Part shown: positions 14,731 through 33,385 of the stretch, piece after piece
Numbering within the stretch: the first letter of the stretch is position 1
How the letters are laid out: every line of letters begins with the position of its first letter
Assembly: GCA_964016885.1 (NCBI GenBank)
Contig: OZ024743.1
Span: 318,804,001-318,868,000, forward strand
Reading direction: 5' to 3'
Source of the DNA: Eledone cirrhosa
Lineage: Eukaryota
Length of the DNA: 64,000 nucleotides
Notes under the pieces: generated by a model
What the model saw: the letters and a program-made list of their open reading frames with translations, nothing else
Told to the model about the DNA's origin: nothing
Databases searched by the model: none
Program-made: the position numbers and the translations under genes

Positions 14731-14997
14731 CTGGCAGTTGCCCAATATCGGTTTGTATTTCTTTTCTTAATTTATTGTTTTAAATTGAGTCTGGCAAACC
14801 CTATTGTTCATACTTAGTATTTTTTTAACCCTAGCGAATCTGTTCCCTTACGATTTGAACACATATCTGTGTTTACCCCTCTTTTATATTCAATTATATT
14901 ACACGGCTCAGAAAAACCTCTTTCTTTGAGCTATTTAATTGTAAGAGACTATTTTGAGTTTCTAACTCAATATATACTTTTGATATATATATATATA

Positions 14998-16855
14998 GGA
15001 CCACCAACAAGACCCGTATGCGGAGCTAATATAGCTAGCAACTACAGGATCTCCTACTTCCTCTCGATGGTTATACGCCCCATAATCAAGATGTTCCCAG
15101 ATGTATGTGACAGTACAGAGGACCTCCTCAGCAGAATCAGTGAGTGCAACAAAAACAGGAACCTATCCAACTGCATAATAGGCAGCATGGATGTGGTATC
15201 ACTGTACCCATCCATTAACATTGATTTTGCTGTTGAAAAATGTGTGGAGATGATCATTGAGAGTGAAGTGGAGTTCTGCGACGTCGACACAGACGAACTG
15301 GGCCTCCTACTTAGACTTACCTACGACACTGACTACCTAGACAGCCATGACCTTAGACGTTTCTCGCTTAGTAGACCCATAAGAGGTAGACCCCCCACCA
15401 TAACCTCCATGGCAAAAAAGACTCCCATGGGAAGGTGGATTGGGTGGACCAAAGCTATACGCCCCCCCCCCCAAAAAAAACAATGATCAGGTAAGAAAAA
15501 TGGTCGCACATGCAATAGGGGCTAGTATCAAAACTACCCTAAAGAGCCACATATTCAAGTTCAACGAGAAGATCTACACCCAAAATGAGGGAGCAGCCAT
15601 TGGCGTCAGCATAGCTGGTGATGTTGCCAACCTTTTTATGGTATGGTGGGAAAGGAGACTTAAAGATCTCTTTAATGAGAGCTCCATAGACCTCATCATG
15701 TACTCTCGTTACGATATCAATATAGTTATAAGAACATCCCCACTAGAGAGCACTAACAAGTTTGATTTAGAACATAGCACAATGGAAAGCATCCAGCAGA
15801 TAGCTAATTCCATACACCAGAGTATAACTGTAACTATCGACTACCCTTCCAAACACCCTAACAATAGACTACCTGTATTAGACACGGAACTCTGGATTAA
15901 CACTATAGACGAGAGAGCCCAAATTCTCCACTCACACTATGCTAAACCCATGACCTCCAAATACCTGATACTCAAAAACTCAGCAATGTCCAGTAGTGCT
16001 AAGTTTAATATTCTGATCGCAGATTTGGTACGATTGATGAAGAATGTGTCCCGCATGTGCGACCCAACAGAAATGGAAAGACACATCCAATACTTCATCA
16101 ACCGCATGCAGTTCTCTGGCTACAACCAAAGAGACAGAGTCAGAGTATACGAAGGAGCCATGGAGAAGTATAAGACCCTCATAGAACTGGACATGAAAGG
16201 AATTTTCCCATTATACAGGAGCAAATCCTGGAATAGCTTAGATAGGGCTAGACATAAGATAGGGAAAGACACTTCATGGTACGACAACCAGAGATACCAG
16301 AGTGTCATGTTTCTGGATGCTACCCCTGGAGGGAAATTAGCTAACCAGTGTAGAAAGGCCCTGAGAAACCCACTTAAAGATTAAGGTGGTAGAAAAGCCA
16401 GGAACCACCATAAAATCCCTGATCAGCAAAACCTACCCTAAAAGAAAACCCACTGTACTAATAGGAAATGTATCATATGTAAGGTAAACCCCCGGATAAA
16501 CTGTAAAACTAGAAACGTAGTCTATAGCATAAGATGTACAGAGGGTACTTGCAGAAACATGACAACAACATACATAGGCGAGACAGCTCGTAGCATAGGT
16601 GAAAGGATAGACCAACACTGGGGGGAACTAAAAAGACGAAAAAACGGATCAGTACTATACGAACATGCCAGACAACAACACGACGGTAACATAGACAACA
16701 TAGAAATTAGAATAATATCTAAACATAGAAATGACCCAGCAGATAGGCAAATCAGAGAGGCCAGTGAAATAGAACTTAGAAGGCCAAGAGTAAACAGAAA
16801 GAATGAATGGAATAACAACAACACCCAAACAAACAACACTGACCTAAGAGAAGTA

Positions 16856-16858
<3 letters not shown>
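14998..16858 (+). pseudogene. PLE reverse transcriptase + GIY-YIG endonuclease ORF, disrupted
   Basis: IIGSMDVVSLYPSI; QNEGAAIGVSIAGDVANLFMVWW; YSRY-DIN (catalytic RYxDD apparently lacks two codons); DYPSKHPNNRLPVLDTELW; HYAKPMTS; linker CTNRKCIIC...C; NVVYSIRC...YIGETARSIGERIDQH...RQIREA...N. Frameshifts near 15470, 16375 and 16445. Confidence 0.93.
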
Positions 16859-16894
<36 letters not shown>

Positions 16895-17157
16895 ATAGAT
16901 AAATAAATAAATAAATACATACACAAGCACAATAACAACAAACACATATAAACACACACTAGTAAAGATAGAATACATTAACCAATACACAGTCACCCAA
17001 TCACGAACACACATCAAACAAAACACTATACACACACGCAAACGGATGCGTAAAGAAGACAAAATAAACTAAACAAACAAGCAAACAAATAAATAAATAT
17101 ATAAACAGACTAAATAAAGATGGCGTAGACATACAATGTAACGGGAGGAAACAATAG

Positions 17158-17201
17158 CACCACTGACGATGTTGCAGATGTGCAACGAAAGAACTTTGAT
17201 A
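17158..17201 (+). ncRNA. Degenerate minimal hammerhead in the PLE 3' region
   Basis: cacca-CTGACGA-t-gttgca gatg tgcaac-GAAA-gaac-TT-tgata; stem II is a perfect 6 bp, stem I is eroded. Confidence 0.7.
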
Positions 17202-17405
17202 AACTATATATATGTGTTTGTGTCTATATTGTATCTGTATTATTTTTGACCGTTGGTCAGTCAATGGCAACATTGAGGACCGAATAAATTAGATTACCGA
17301 TATAAAAGACACAGAAGCGAAAAGCGAAAACCAACCAAACAGTGAGTGTGTTCTGTTATTAATTCTGTCAATATTACACAAATATGACCCTCCCCAAGTA
17401 TAACA

Positions 17406-17436
<31 letters not shown>

Positions 17437-17647
17437 TTTATATATGTGTGTGTGTCAAACAAGTGTTAAGGCAGAAGTTACATAATCGTATTTATTAATT
17501 ATACGCATTTCTGTGAGACCAGCATGGAGCTGTGGTGCATTCGTTGTAACAGCGACCTGCACCGGTGTAACGCCATCAGATGTTAACACAATTACGTAGG
17601 TCGGTTGTTATGGTGTTGGCTAATGCGACCATGCCTGTGAAAGCCGG

Positions 17648-17698
<51 letters not shown>

Positions 17699-19257
17699 TA
17701 TTCAAAATAGCACATGGATAAGACATTCGGAGATAGTGACAACAAACAAAGAATGGGTGATGTAGTACAAGTGGTAAAAGCGTACGTAGGTAGGTCTAAA
17801 CGGAACAAAACGAAAATAAACAGATACACCCAGTCATCAGCCACCCGTTTGGTGACAATTGATTTGTAGCAGTAAAGGCAGTAATGAACTCCCAAACTCC
17901 ATCAGAGCAACAAAACAGGAGAGTTTCGGTACTGTTTGGGGATTTAAAAATAAGACATAAGACAAAGCATTAAAAAAAAATTACCTGGAAGGACAGGACA
18001 AAGATAACGATATTGGACAGTAAACGACAGAAGACGTAAGAATCACATATTTAGAGAGACGACAGACAAAGTATGAAAAACATACGGGCAAAATAAAGGG
18101 CGGGACTATAGGAAGTTAATCATTTGGTCATTATAGTGGCGAGAATATTTGAAATGGAGAAGATTAACGTTGTTAGGAACGAGCCCTTTGGCAGCAAAAG
18201 CCAGTAGCGATATAAAACATAGCCTCATTAGGCGCTTCTGCGTGAAATGTCGAAATGTAGGCGGAAGAGGTTAAAAACAGGGGAGATAATTAGGCCCAGG
18301 TAAGACATTTATTTTGTTGCTATGGACAAAAGCAAAGCTAGAGAATCAACGAGTGGAACAAGGAATGGATAATGTACAAGTCATTTCTATATAAAATAAA
18401 TATGCTTATTCTCTATCAGCTTCTTTCTACTGGGAACTCCTGGCACTTTGTGTTTGTGTATGAAAAGCACTGCCTATGATTTTCTCGCTATTAAGGTGTT
18501 GCTTGGAACGTAACTTAAAGATTCTTACAAAAATTTATAATGGAATGTTTTGAAATAAATATAAACACTTTAAAGTAAACAGTTTTGTATCGCAGAACCA
18601 GGACTAGCTTCAGGTTGTTTCGTATCAAAGTGTTAAAGTATAAAATATTGAATATAACTGCAAAATGTCGAGCAAATATTTATTTGTCCTCCAGGAAAAT
18701 ATGTTAAAGCTTATGTCCAAGCTCAGAAATACTTCTTTTGATTTAGTCCTATACCCACTATCCACCACAGAATGAGTATTTAGCGACCTAAGCTAGCTCT
18801 ACAATATGCGCCCCTTACCCCATCCCTCAATAAAATAATTTTAACCTATAGTTTGGTAAGCTGACATACCTAGTTTTTGATACACAATGCTCTGACCACA
18901 CTATAAGAAAAAAAGAAAAAATGACTAAGCTTGCATTTCCACCAAAGTTCACAGTCACCCATGCTAAATCATTTTTTAGATCATAACACAATTCGGCTCC
19001 TCTCCCCCACTTCGGATATTTCCACAATGCTGCGACGCTGAAAAGATTTATTTTTTGATCACAGGAAATTGATATATTAAATTTAATTATAAAAGTTTGT
19101 ATAAAACTGAGACCCTTTAACGTTTACTAATGTGCCTCTCTGAGATCTGTGCTATAAGCAGCTGCCTAGTTAACCTTGTTTGTTGCGTCAGCATTGATTC
19201 CCTGCTCCCACTCACATATAAATGAAAATAGTCAGTAGACACACCACCAAACATTTA

Positions 19258-19439
19258 CGAGGGTCGGCTGACTATGAAAGAGTGATGCTAGAGCTGTAAA
19301 ATCTTGCATGCATTAATTTCAACTCTTCTTATTAATAACTGCATTGTTTTTTTCCAGGGACTATGTTGAAAAATATACCTCATTTGGTCATTCCATGAGA
19401 GTATCTTGGTTAGCTTATGAACTTTTCAGTCGATCCTCG
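19258..19439. mobile_element. Tc1/mariner-type MITE
   Basis: TA-cgagggtcggctga ... tcagtcgatcctcg-TA terminal inverted repeats with TA duplication. Confidence 0.7.
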
Positions 19440-21374
19440 TAAGAGTAAACCATTAACGTTTAACAATGTCACTCTCTGGGGTCTCTGCTTTAGGCAGCTG
19501 CCTAGTTAACTTTAATTGTTGCGCCAATCTTGATCCACTCTTTTCACACACATAAAAACGAAAATAACCTGTAGACACACCAGCAAACATTTACTTACTA
19601 CTGAAATCGATTTTACGGATCGCATCAAACAGGCTTCCATGCCGTTTTCATCTACCCAATTTTACTCACATGGTATGGGTTGATCTGAGGTGATGGTAAA
19701 TGACTCTTGTAGTGGGATCAAACCCGAGCCCCCATGATTGTGAAGCGAGTTTAACCACCTAGGTATGACTACATCCACACACGTAGACACAACATAGCTA
19801 AATGGTTAAGGAGTTTCCTTCTCAATCATTTGGTTCCAAGTACAATCTCATTGCATAGCATCTTAGTCAAGTATCACTTACGATAACCTCAGGTTGTTCC
19901 TTCATTGTGAATGAAATTCGGTCGACAGAGACTGTTTGGAAGCCCTCGAGACGCTGAATCTCCTTGAAAATTACGTAAAGAGTATACGTTCTGTGGGGGA
20001 AAACTCAGCTACGTACATGTTAATTTCATGTTGTTCCGTTGATCGAACTACTGGAACAGTCGAAACCGACTGAGGTCCATTCCTATCTATTATCACGAAC
20101 AGACGAGAAACACGTCAAAAGTTTTTTTTAAACTCATTACGATTCCAGACAACCCCCTACCAAGGATTAACCAATATGTCCTTATAACTCCTTCAGCAGA
20201 CTGTCGAAACCATCAATCCTACCATCACTACCACCATCATCACCTGTCTTATTAGGTGTTGGTATAACTTCAAAGGATGCCAATAGCTTGGTTTTACTTT
20301 ACATAAGGATAACCACAGGAAAGAAAATCATAAGGTTTTTATCATATTTATTTAAAGAAAACGATACTCGAGATCAGGTCCTATATCCCCAGGAAGTATA
20401 GACCCCCACCACATACACGCTTCAGTCCTGCTTAAGAACCTTTGCTCTATGTTGTTTCTCGACCTGCTAGAAATAGCAGCCAAATCTCTTTCATATCATG
20501 CCGTACCGTCGTAAATAGGAAAGGCTAAATTTCACTACCAAGGACCTAAAATTTATCTAATTTGACTTTGTAACTGACTCCACCTCCCTGCAAATACTTG
20601 CCTCCCAAGTTGTTATACGGCAAGAATAACAATCACGCCTCATTGTCTTAACCTTTTTGCTACCAAATCGATTGAAACCGCCTTCTATAAACCGCTTAAT
20701 AATCAAAAAGTTTATTTTTAAAACCCTCCAAATTCTGTTATTTTCAAAATTATTTGAAAATCACAGGCAGTGTCTTTCAGTAGAAATATAGTAACGAAAG
20801 AAGTAAATAGGCAAAATAACATTAGATAGTATGGTCTTTTGTCTTAAAAAAAAAAAAATACATGCAACGTGGGGGAGGCGCAGAGATGGCTGTGTGGCTG
20901 AAATCAGTAAAAAGAGAAAATAGAATATTGTAAATATTGATATACGGAAGTGAAATCAAGAATCATTTGAAAAATGACGAAAATAATGTATTCAATTAAA
21001 AAAAAAAATATATTGTTGGAATACCTAAAAAATGTACCGCGGCCTTTGTTTTGGCTCTTTACATTCTGAGTTCAAATCCTGCCGAGGTCTGATTTGCCAT
21101 TCATCCTTCCGGACTTCGATAAAATAAAGTACGAATCAAGTCCTGGGTCGATATACTCATATAATCAACTTGCCCTCCTTCACTCAAAATTGCTGATTTT
21201 GTGTCTAAATTTGAAACCAGTTTCAGTGATATGATGTCGCATTGATCTCAGTACTTAGTTTATAGATTCCAAGAGAATGAAAGGCAAAATAAACCTGAGC
21301 GGGATTTTAAATCAAATCATAAAATCAACTTTACCCTTCTCCTCAAAATTGTTGGATTTGTGCCTAAATCGGAA

Positions 21375-21725
21375 GGTGGACTGGCAGTATTGGTAGAGGG
21401 TCGTACGCCATTCTGAGTTCAAATCCCGCCGAGGTTAACTTTGCCTTTCATCCTTACGGGGTCGATAAAATAAAGTACCAGTAATGTACTTGGATAATTG
21501 TTGGCCTTGTGCCTATGTAAGAAACCATTATTTTCTTGCGGTGGATTGGCAGTATCGATAGAGAGTCGCACGCCCTGCTTTCCAGCATAGTTACGTCCCT
21601 TTACGGTCTGAGTTCAAATCCCGCCGAGGTTAACTTTGCCTTTCATCCTTACGGGGTCGATAAAATAAAGTACCAGTAATACACTGGATAATTGCTGGCC
21701 TTGTGCCAAAAGTAGAAACAATTAT
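21375..21725 (+). mobile_element. Two tandem young copies of the dominant SINE within a SINE cluster (about 21050-21920)
   Basis: Near-identical gagttcaaatcccgccgaggttaactttgcctttcatccttacggggtcgataaaataaagtaccag twice. Confidence 0.88.
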
Positions 21726-24700
21726 TATAAAAATAAATAGTGTGGTAGATTGGCAGAGCAGTTAGAAGTTGAACAAGGCTCTTACATTCTGATTTCAAAT
21801 TTAGCCGAGGTCAACTTTGCCTTTCACTTTTCCGAGGTCGATAAATCAAATACTGGGTTTGGTACAATCGACTTTTCCCTTTCCCCAAAGTTCTGGCCTT
21901 GTGCCAATTTTAGAAAGAATTATTATAAAAATAAATAAATACAATATGTCGGCTTGAACACGTAATAGAGTAATAGAACTTTGAGATCTGCAAATCTATA
22001 AATCTTCGCAAGAAGTAGCATATCAATTAACATAAACATCATAAAATATATCTAATAGCAAATGAGCTATGGCTCTGTTGCAGATATATTTTGCATGATG
22101 CTGTCTGAAGCGGTAGATGAGTTTAATTTGAAATGGATATTCTATCGTCCTTAAAAGAATAAAAAGAAATACACACGAGAGCATTGAAATATGTACGTAG
22201 TTATCTGTAGAAAGTAAGGTCCCTTGTCAGCTATTTTAGATCGGCTATTCTACTGGTATATAAGGAGAAGATGAAAGTCGAGAAGGGGTGCTTGGCTTGT
22301 CGTTAAACCAATAAACAAACAAAATCTTCTAATTCAGTTTTAAGCTACTAACGGACAATTTCATTTAGTAAATATTTTCTCAATAACTATCAGTATAAAA
22401 AAAATTCAAACTATGAATGGACTTATTTCAGTTTTGAAAACAACTAGATTTTCGTCCATTTCTTTTTTTTCTGTCAAGATATCAAACAAAATAAGAGAGT
22501 GAAAAAAAGTATGGTGAAATAATTAAGAATATTTGATAGGCTGGTCTTGTTGGATTCTTACAATGTTTTAACGGTATCGTCTCGTATTTCTTTCCTTTCT
22601 CCAATTCTTCGCCCGTCTGTCTTTCCACAGCAGATTCTCTTTTCTTTTTTCTTAAACCATCCCAACCCCTAACTCTTCCCGACGTATACCAAACCAAACG
22701 CCCCCAGTTCTAACACACTGTTTTTATTTTTATTTTATCTACAGTCTCAACATCAGCCAGCCACCCATGAAAAGTTGTGTTCATTGACCTTTAGCGACGC
22801 CGACGATGCCGGGGCACGTTGCTTTAGTGTCGTGTAAGCCTATCCCTTCTCTCCCAAATAGTGGGTCTGTTGAAGACAAGTAGTGCCGGGAGATTCATTC
22901 CTAATTCGAAGATTCTCTTCTATCCCCTCTCTACCTACCCTTCAGAAAAAAAGCCTAGCCCCTCACTCCCCTCACGCGAAGCACCGGTGAACTTTTTAAC
23001 CATGTGTATATATTAATATACTATGTGACATGATGCGCTCGCTTTTACCGCCATTCACCACTCACAATATATACAAATATTTTGCTTATCCTATTTTATC
23101 TGTTTCTGCTAACACTGTGGTTGCTGGTTAAACGATAACAAAATGAAATCGGAGGCTGGAGGTAATGGTGTAAAGGAAGGCGGAGAGGGTAGGGGGTCGA
23201 AACTGGTGAGAACCGTAAATAGAGGGAGGAGGGGAGGAGAAAGGGAGTTGCTATTGCGGACAGACAGCGACTTTGAGCTACTTAGACTCACTGACAGATG
23301 TAGAAATCCACGTGTTTTATTATTTTTAGTTATTTTTTGTTATTTTACTTTTTGTAGCACTAAAGATATCTCGACCTTATAACGAGATAGGAAACGGGAC
23401 ATCACAAGCATTCAATACATCTATAACGGCTTACACATTCACAAGCCATACAGATAAATAAAATTTAGATAGACCACAGAAATATCTAATGAAAACGACC
23501 CCCTTTTTTCATATCAAACTCACAATATTTCACGCCTATATCAATATTTTAGGGAACATGAAGCGAATTATCATCAAACCTAAAAAAAAACAAAAAAAAA
23601 CTAGGATTTTCTTATGCCTCATTTCTTGTATCAGTTAGAATAATCAAGCGTTATGATGCCTCCATAAAAATATTTATCATTAAAATATTATTGAGATAAT
23701 ATATGTTTTCTCTCTCTTTATTTAAAAAGCAATAATAATAATAAGATTGAGTGCAACAACAGTGACGTAAAGTTTTGAGGCGGCAGGCGTGCCATTTGGG
23801 GATAACTGAAGATATTACTAGCAAAATAGGACAAAAATATTAAAACAATATTTACTTTAACCGTATCACATAAATGAAATTGTATCATATATGCACTGCA
23901 CTTAAAATGTTGAGTTCATTGTAAGACACGTCGTATTTAAAGTAGGTATAAGTGGTGGTGGGGGAGGAGGAGGAGACTGGGTACTCTCGAAGACTTTGTG
24001 CAATCTAATCAAAAGTTAGATTATCTAATGACAAAGAGCTAATATAAAATTACTAAGTAGGCTTGTTAACTAAAACACTATATTCATTAATGATTGCATA
24101 ACTAATTAATTATAATATTGGTCTAAGAAGTACATCACAGAGAATCAGTTGGATATTAATAAAATGAAACTGCAATTTTACGCTTGCCTTATTTTTTTTT
24201 AAATTTAATTTATATTTTTGTATGAAACACACAGCGTATGTGATAGTAGACAGTCTGGCGAAAGCTCACGCAGAGAACTAACGATCGCAGGGTGCCAGTT
24301 TCGATTCTCAGGAGCAACCATTCCCTTTTTTACTGCATCTCTTGAAAAGAGCAGAAATAGTACACAGTCCACACCTACGTAGGTGTAGCTGGTCTTCTAC
24401 CACATTACATCGTATAGGCTGATATTCGTCTAATTGTAATTTTCATTAAGTTTTATTATATATATATTTTTTTTGGCAACTAGATGCTGGGGGCCCTAAA
24501 TATTTTCTTTTAGCCCATGGCTGTGATACGGTCCTGCCTGTAATCCGATCCTGCCTGTAGCCCTTGGGATGAGATTTGCTCTCCGCCACCAACTACAAAA
24601 GTGTTTATTTATATGCACTCAGTGATGCTTTTGCGATATGCCTGACCTCTAACTTATTGACTCACCACAACTGAAGGATGCATTCTGATTCCTTGTGGGA

Positions 24701-25699
24701 ATTAAAGAACACTTAAGTCATTATGTATGTCAGGCAATTCTTTGTTAGCTGAGCTTACAACATTCACCAATTTGCTTACATCAGATTCAATGTGCCCTAA
24801 AACAAATTTCCCCGTGGTCTTCTTTTTTCTAGCCTCCTAGTCATCTTCCTCGTTCCGTCTCGTGGCCTGCGAGAAAATAATATATTTCTTAACACGAAAT
24901 GGAAGGATCGTCAGATCTGACCAAAGGAATTATGTTTCCATTGGTCTTTACATTGCTTATCTTATCTGCTGTGCGCAACTCGTCGCACAAATACTAGAAA
25001 GCATTTCATCAGACTCTTTATAAACTTCGCCAATCCACCACAACACGAGTGGTACTTTATTTATTGACCTCGAAATATGAATAGCAAAGTTGTCCTCAGC
25101 AGAATTTGAACTTAGGACGCAGAAAACCATGATAATTACCACAGAAAACCGTTATAAATAGAGCAAAGAACCCTGTTCGACCTTCTAACGACTTTGCCAA
25201 TTCACTACCAAGCTTGCATATCTCCTATAAAAAAAACATACGTGCCCGTGCACGCAGTTAGTCCACCGGGAGTGAGAGACCTCTGGTTCTTGTTAGGACA
25301 TCATTCTAAATGAAGGAAAGCTCTGATGTAAAACCCGCAACTCGATGACAGCCAATGATGTTGACCTGTTCCTTTTGGATACCTGTCACCGTTGTTCAGA
25401 GAGTGGGATTGGTCCAGTGCAAAACCTCACTTCACTTAAAAAAGCGTCAAGTATAGGCGTTACTTGATGTAAGCAATATTCACATCTGTTGCAGGAGCAT
25501 GACTGGTTGTGGCCGAAAAAGCCTTTTGTTTCCTTTACGGAGCAGCATATGCAGAAAGAAATATAATTCTTTGGCAGGGCTAAAAAGTAATTTTTGTGTC
25601 ATCCATGACTGAGAAAAGGATCAAGTGATGGCAATTCTCAAAATCGAAATGCAGCTTCTATATATGTAGCTATGCATGCATGTACGTACGTACAAATGA

Positions 25700-26010
25700 A
25701 GGCGCGTGGCTTAGTGCTTAGGTTGTTCAACTCATCACAATCGTTAGGTCATATGTTCAATTCCCGTATCATGCAGCGCATTGTGTCTTTGCACAAGACA
25801 CTTTATTTCTCGTTGCTCCAGTTCATCGAGATGGAAAAACATTAGTTGTACCTATAATTCAAAGAGCCAGCTTTGTCACTACGAATGTTCTTGAAAACTA
25901 TGTTAAGGGTAAACATGTCTGTGGAATACTCAGCAACATGTTCACGTTGATTTTACGAGCTGGTTGTTCCGTTGATCAAACAACTGGAACACTCATCGTC
26001 GGAAACAGTC
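25700..26010 (+). mobile_element. Second tRNA-derived SINE family
   Basis: A box gcgtggcttagtg, B-box-like gttcaattccc, core ttgtgtctttgcacaagacactt; related copies at about 12270-12370(-), 19795-20070, 26730-26880, 50180-50450(-) and 53835-53945(-). Confidence 0.7.
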
Positions 26011-26059
26011 AAATAACTACAACAGCAACAGCAACAACAACGTACAGGTGTGTGTGAGA

Positions 26060-26125
<66 letters not shown>

Positions 26126-26514
26126 TTTCTACAAACCTTTTGTTTGGCGCTAAATATGTTTGGTAAACACAGATCTATGCTGAGGGTGCTGCTGTATGCT
26201 GTCTCCAATGCAGGGGTCGATGTCTCATCAGACGGTGAAGTAAAATTCTGTAGGTGTTTCGGCCTCTTCCACCGCAACACTAGAGCTACTCAAGGCCACC
26301 CACAGATGTACGTGACAAAACTCCTGCACAACAGCACAATCTCAAACACGTCCAACACCTCAACGTGTCAAAACAGCATGAAATTCAATGAGAATGGTGT
26401 TATGACTCCAACTGAGACGTATTCATCCAGCCCAATGTGCCAGGCACACCATTTATATTCTTTTTGGGGCCAGATGCAGTAATTCGCTTTCTAAGCTGCC
26501 TCCGATAATGCCCT

Positions 26515-27578
26515 TTTGAAAATATCCCGTAACATTTATATATTAGATCACTATAAAAAATGTGCTTTATTCACCGTCCAAGTACTAGGTAGTAGGTTAA
26601 GAGGACATGCGCCACCCTTCCTGTAGTATGTACTTTAACTTTTAATGCCCTGTACCACAATAGCAAAATATTGCGGAAAACTGTAAAAAAACGGTATGTA
26701 ACAAATAGTTTATATTTTATCGGTTATAATGGCTTAGTGGTAAGGATGATAGACTTACGATCATAATGGTTCGATTAATGAACTGTGTTGTGTGTTGTGT
26801 TATTGAGCAAAACACTTCATTTCACATTGCTCCAGTATTCTCAGCTGAAAATGAGTACCAGCAGTAATAGCTGGGGGTTAACTCATTACCATTAAAGACA
26901 CTGAAAACATTTGAATTAAAAGCTATTTCTAGATACTCTCTGCTGAATCATTAAACGTTGTTAGGAGTTTAAAAGAAATACGTCTGACAAGACTTATATC
27001 ACTCTAAAATATTAGAGTACAAACAGAACTAAATACGTCTAACTACGCCTCGTTATGTTCTGAGTTCAAGTGCCATCGGAGATGACTTACATATTTCATT
27101 TTTGTTTAAAGTCTCTCTCGAGCCCGGAGGCTCATCAGACTAGTGCTTATTCCGGTTTCTTTGGTGTGAAGTGAGAGTACAAGACTCCCCCAGGCCACAA
27201 GACTCCCCCAGGTCAGGGCTGGCATCTTAACAACCATTAATAATTCAGAAGTGAGCATCTACATTCAAATGTCTATACAGTCTATATTGGTAAACAGATG
27301 AATGCGAACAGTCGCTGTAAAGACTTTAATTTTTAATATGATGTAATCAGACTGATGCTTTGCTTAATGTGATGCAGTCATAGTGTTGTTTTACACTTAT
27401 CCACAATACCTTGCTAATACGGTTCCTTGAGGTAGAGTACATTTAGAGTTAAAGTACCTACTACAGGAAGGATGGTGCATGTTCTCATAACCTACTACTT
27501 AGTACTTGAAGGACGGTGTATTCAGCACACTTTTTTTTATAGAGATCCAATGTATAAATGTTATGGGATATTTTCACT
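26515..27578. repeat. Long imperfect inverted repeat (foldback/MITE) with nested SINE pieces
   Basis: About 26515-26690 is the reverse complement of about 27388-27578 (e.g. cttcctgtagtatgtactttaact / agttaaagtacctactacaggaag). Confidence 0.75.
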
Positions 27579-27701
27579 CTCATAAATATCGAAGTTAATT
27601 TTGCTTACGAAGACAAGTGTTCCGAGAAATTTCATTTTCGTTTTAGTCTCCAGATCAGTGACTACAGTTAAAGTCAGAGGAACGTGGCGTTAGGGGAAAT
27701 T

Positions 27702-32464
<4,763 letters not shown>

Positions 32465-32477
32465 GTATATATATATG

Positions 32478-32526
<49 letters not shown>

Positions 32527-32527
32527 G

Positions 32528-32625
<98 letters not shown>

Positions 32626-32628
32626 TAC

Positions 32629-32798
<170 letters not shown>

Positions 32799-32838
32799 GA
32801 TATTAAACAAATGGAAACTATATTTATAAAACAATATT

Positions 32839-32904
32839 TATTTCATTATACATATTTCGGGGATACCATATTAAAAATATGGCATGCCTTCTTCAGATAA
32901 AATA
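32839..32904 (-). ncRNA. Minimal hammerhead (family A, inverted arm)
   Basis: Reverse complement of 33046-33111. Confidence 0.8.
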
Positions 32905-33045
32905 CAATATATAAACAGTTTTATAAATAATTTTGACGTACCATAAATATTGAGCAACCGTTATGTAAGAAGCTGTTTTTCTTACATAACGGTTGCTCAA
33001 TATTTATGGTACGTCAAAATTATTTATAAAACTGTTTATATATTG

Positions 33046-33111
33046 TTTTTTATCTGAAGAAGGCATGCCATATTTTTAATATGGTATCCCCGAAATATGT
33101 ATAATGAAATA
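33046..33111 (+). ncRNA. Minimal hammerhead (family A)
   Basis: ttttttat-CTGAAGA-aggcatgccatat tttta atatggtatcccc-GAAA-tatgta-TA-atgaaata. Confidence 0.8.
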
Positions 33112-33238
33112 AATATGGTTTTATAAATATAGTTTCCATTTGTTTAATATCGTATATCTACTCCAAAACTTGTCGAGTGCTTTATATCAGTTATAAAATA
33201 TTTACTTGTAACCCAACAATTTTAAATAAAACGTTTGC

Positions 33239-33385
<147 letters not shown>

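Larger units (their letters stand above)
14998..17410 (+). mobile_element. Penelope-like retroelement (Naiad-like), 5'-truncated, inserted in (TA)n
   Basis: RT and GIY-YIG coding remnant, 3' UTR with (AAAT)n and HHR; TA repeats at 14983-14997 and from about 17407. Confidence 0.92.

Noticed and set aside
16451-16560. Selenocysteine recoding in the PLE zinc-binding linker
   Set aside because: All Cys positions use TGT/TGC; no in-frame TGA at conserved Cys sites.
17700-18400. Purine-rich segment that might be an old LINE ORF2 end
   Set aside because: No recognisable motif in any frame by eye.
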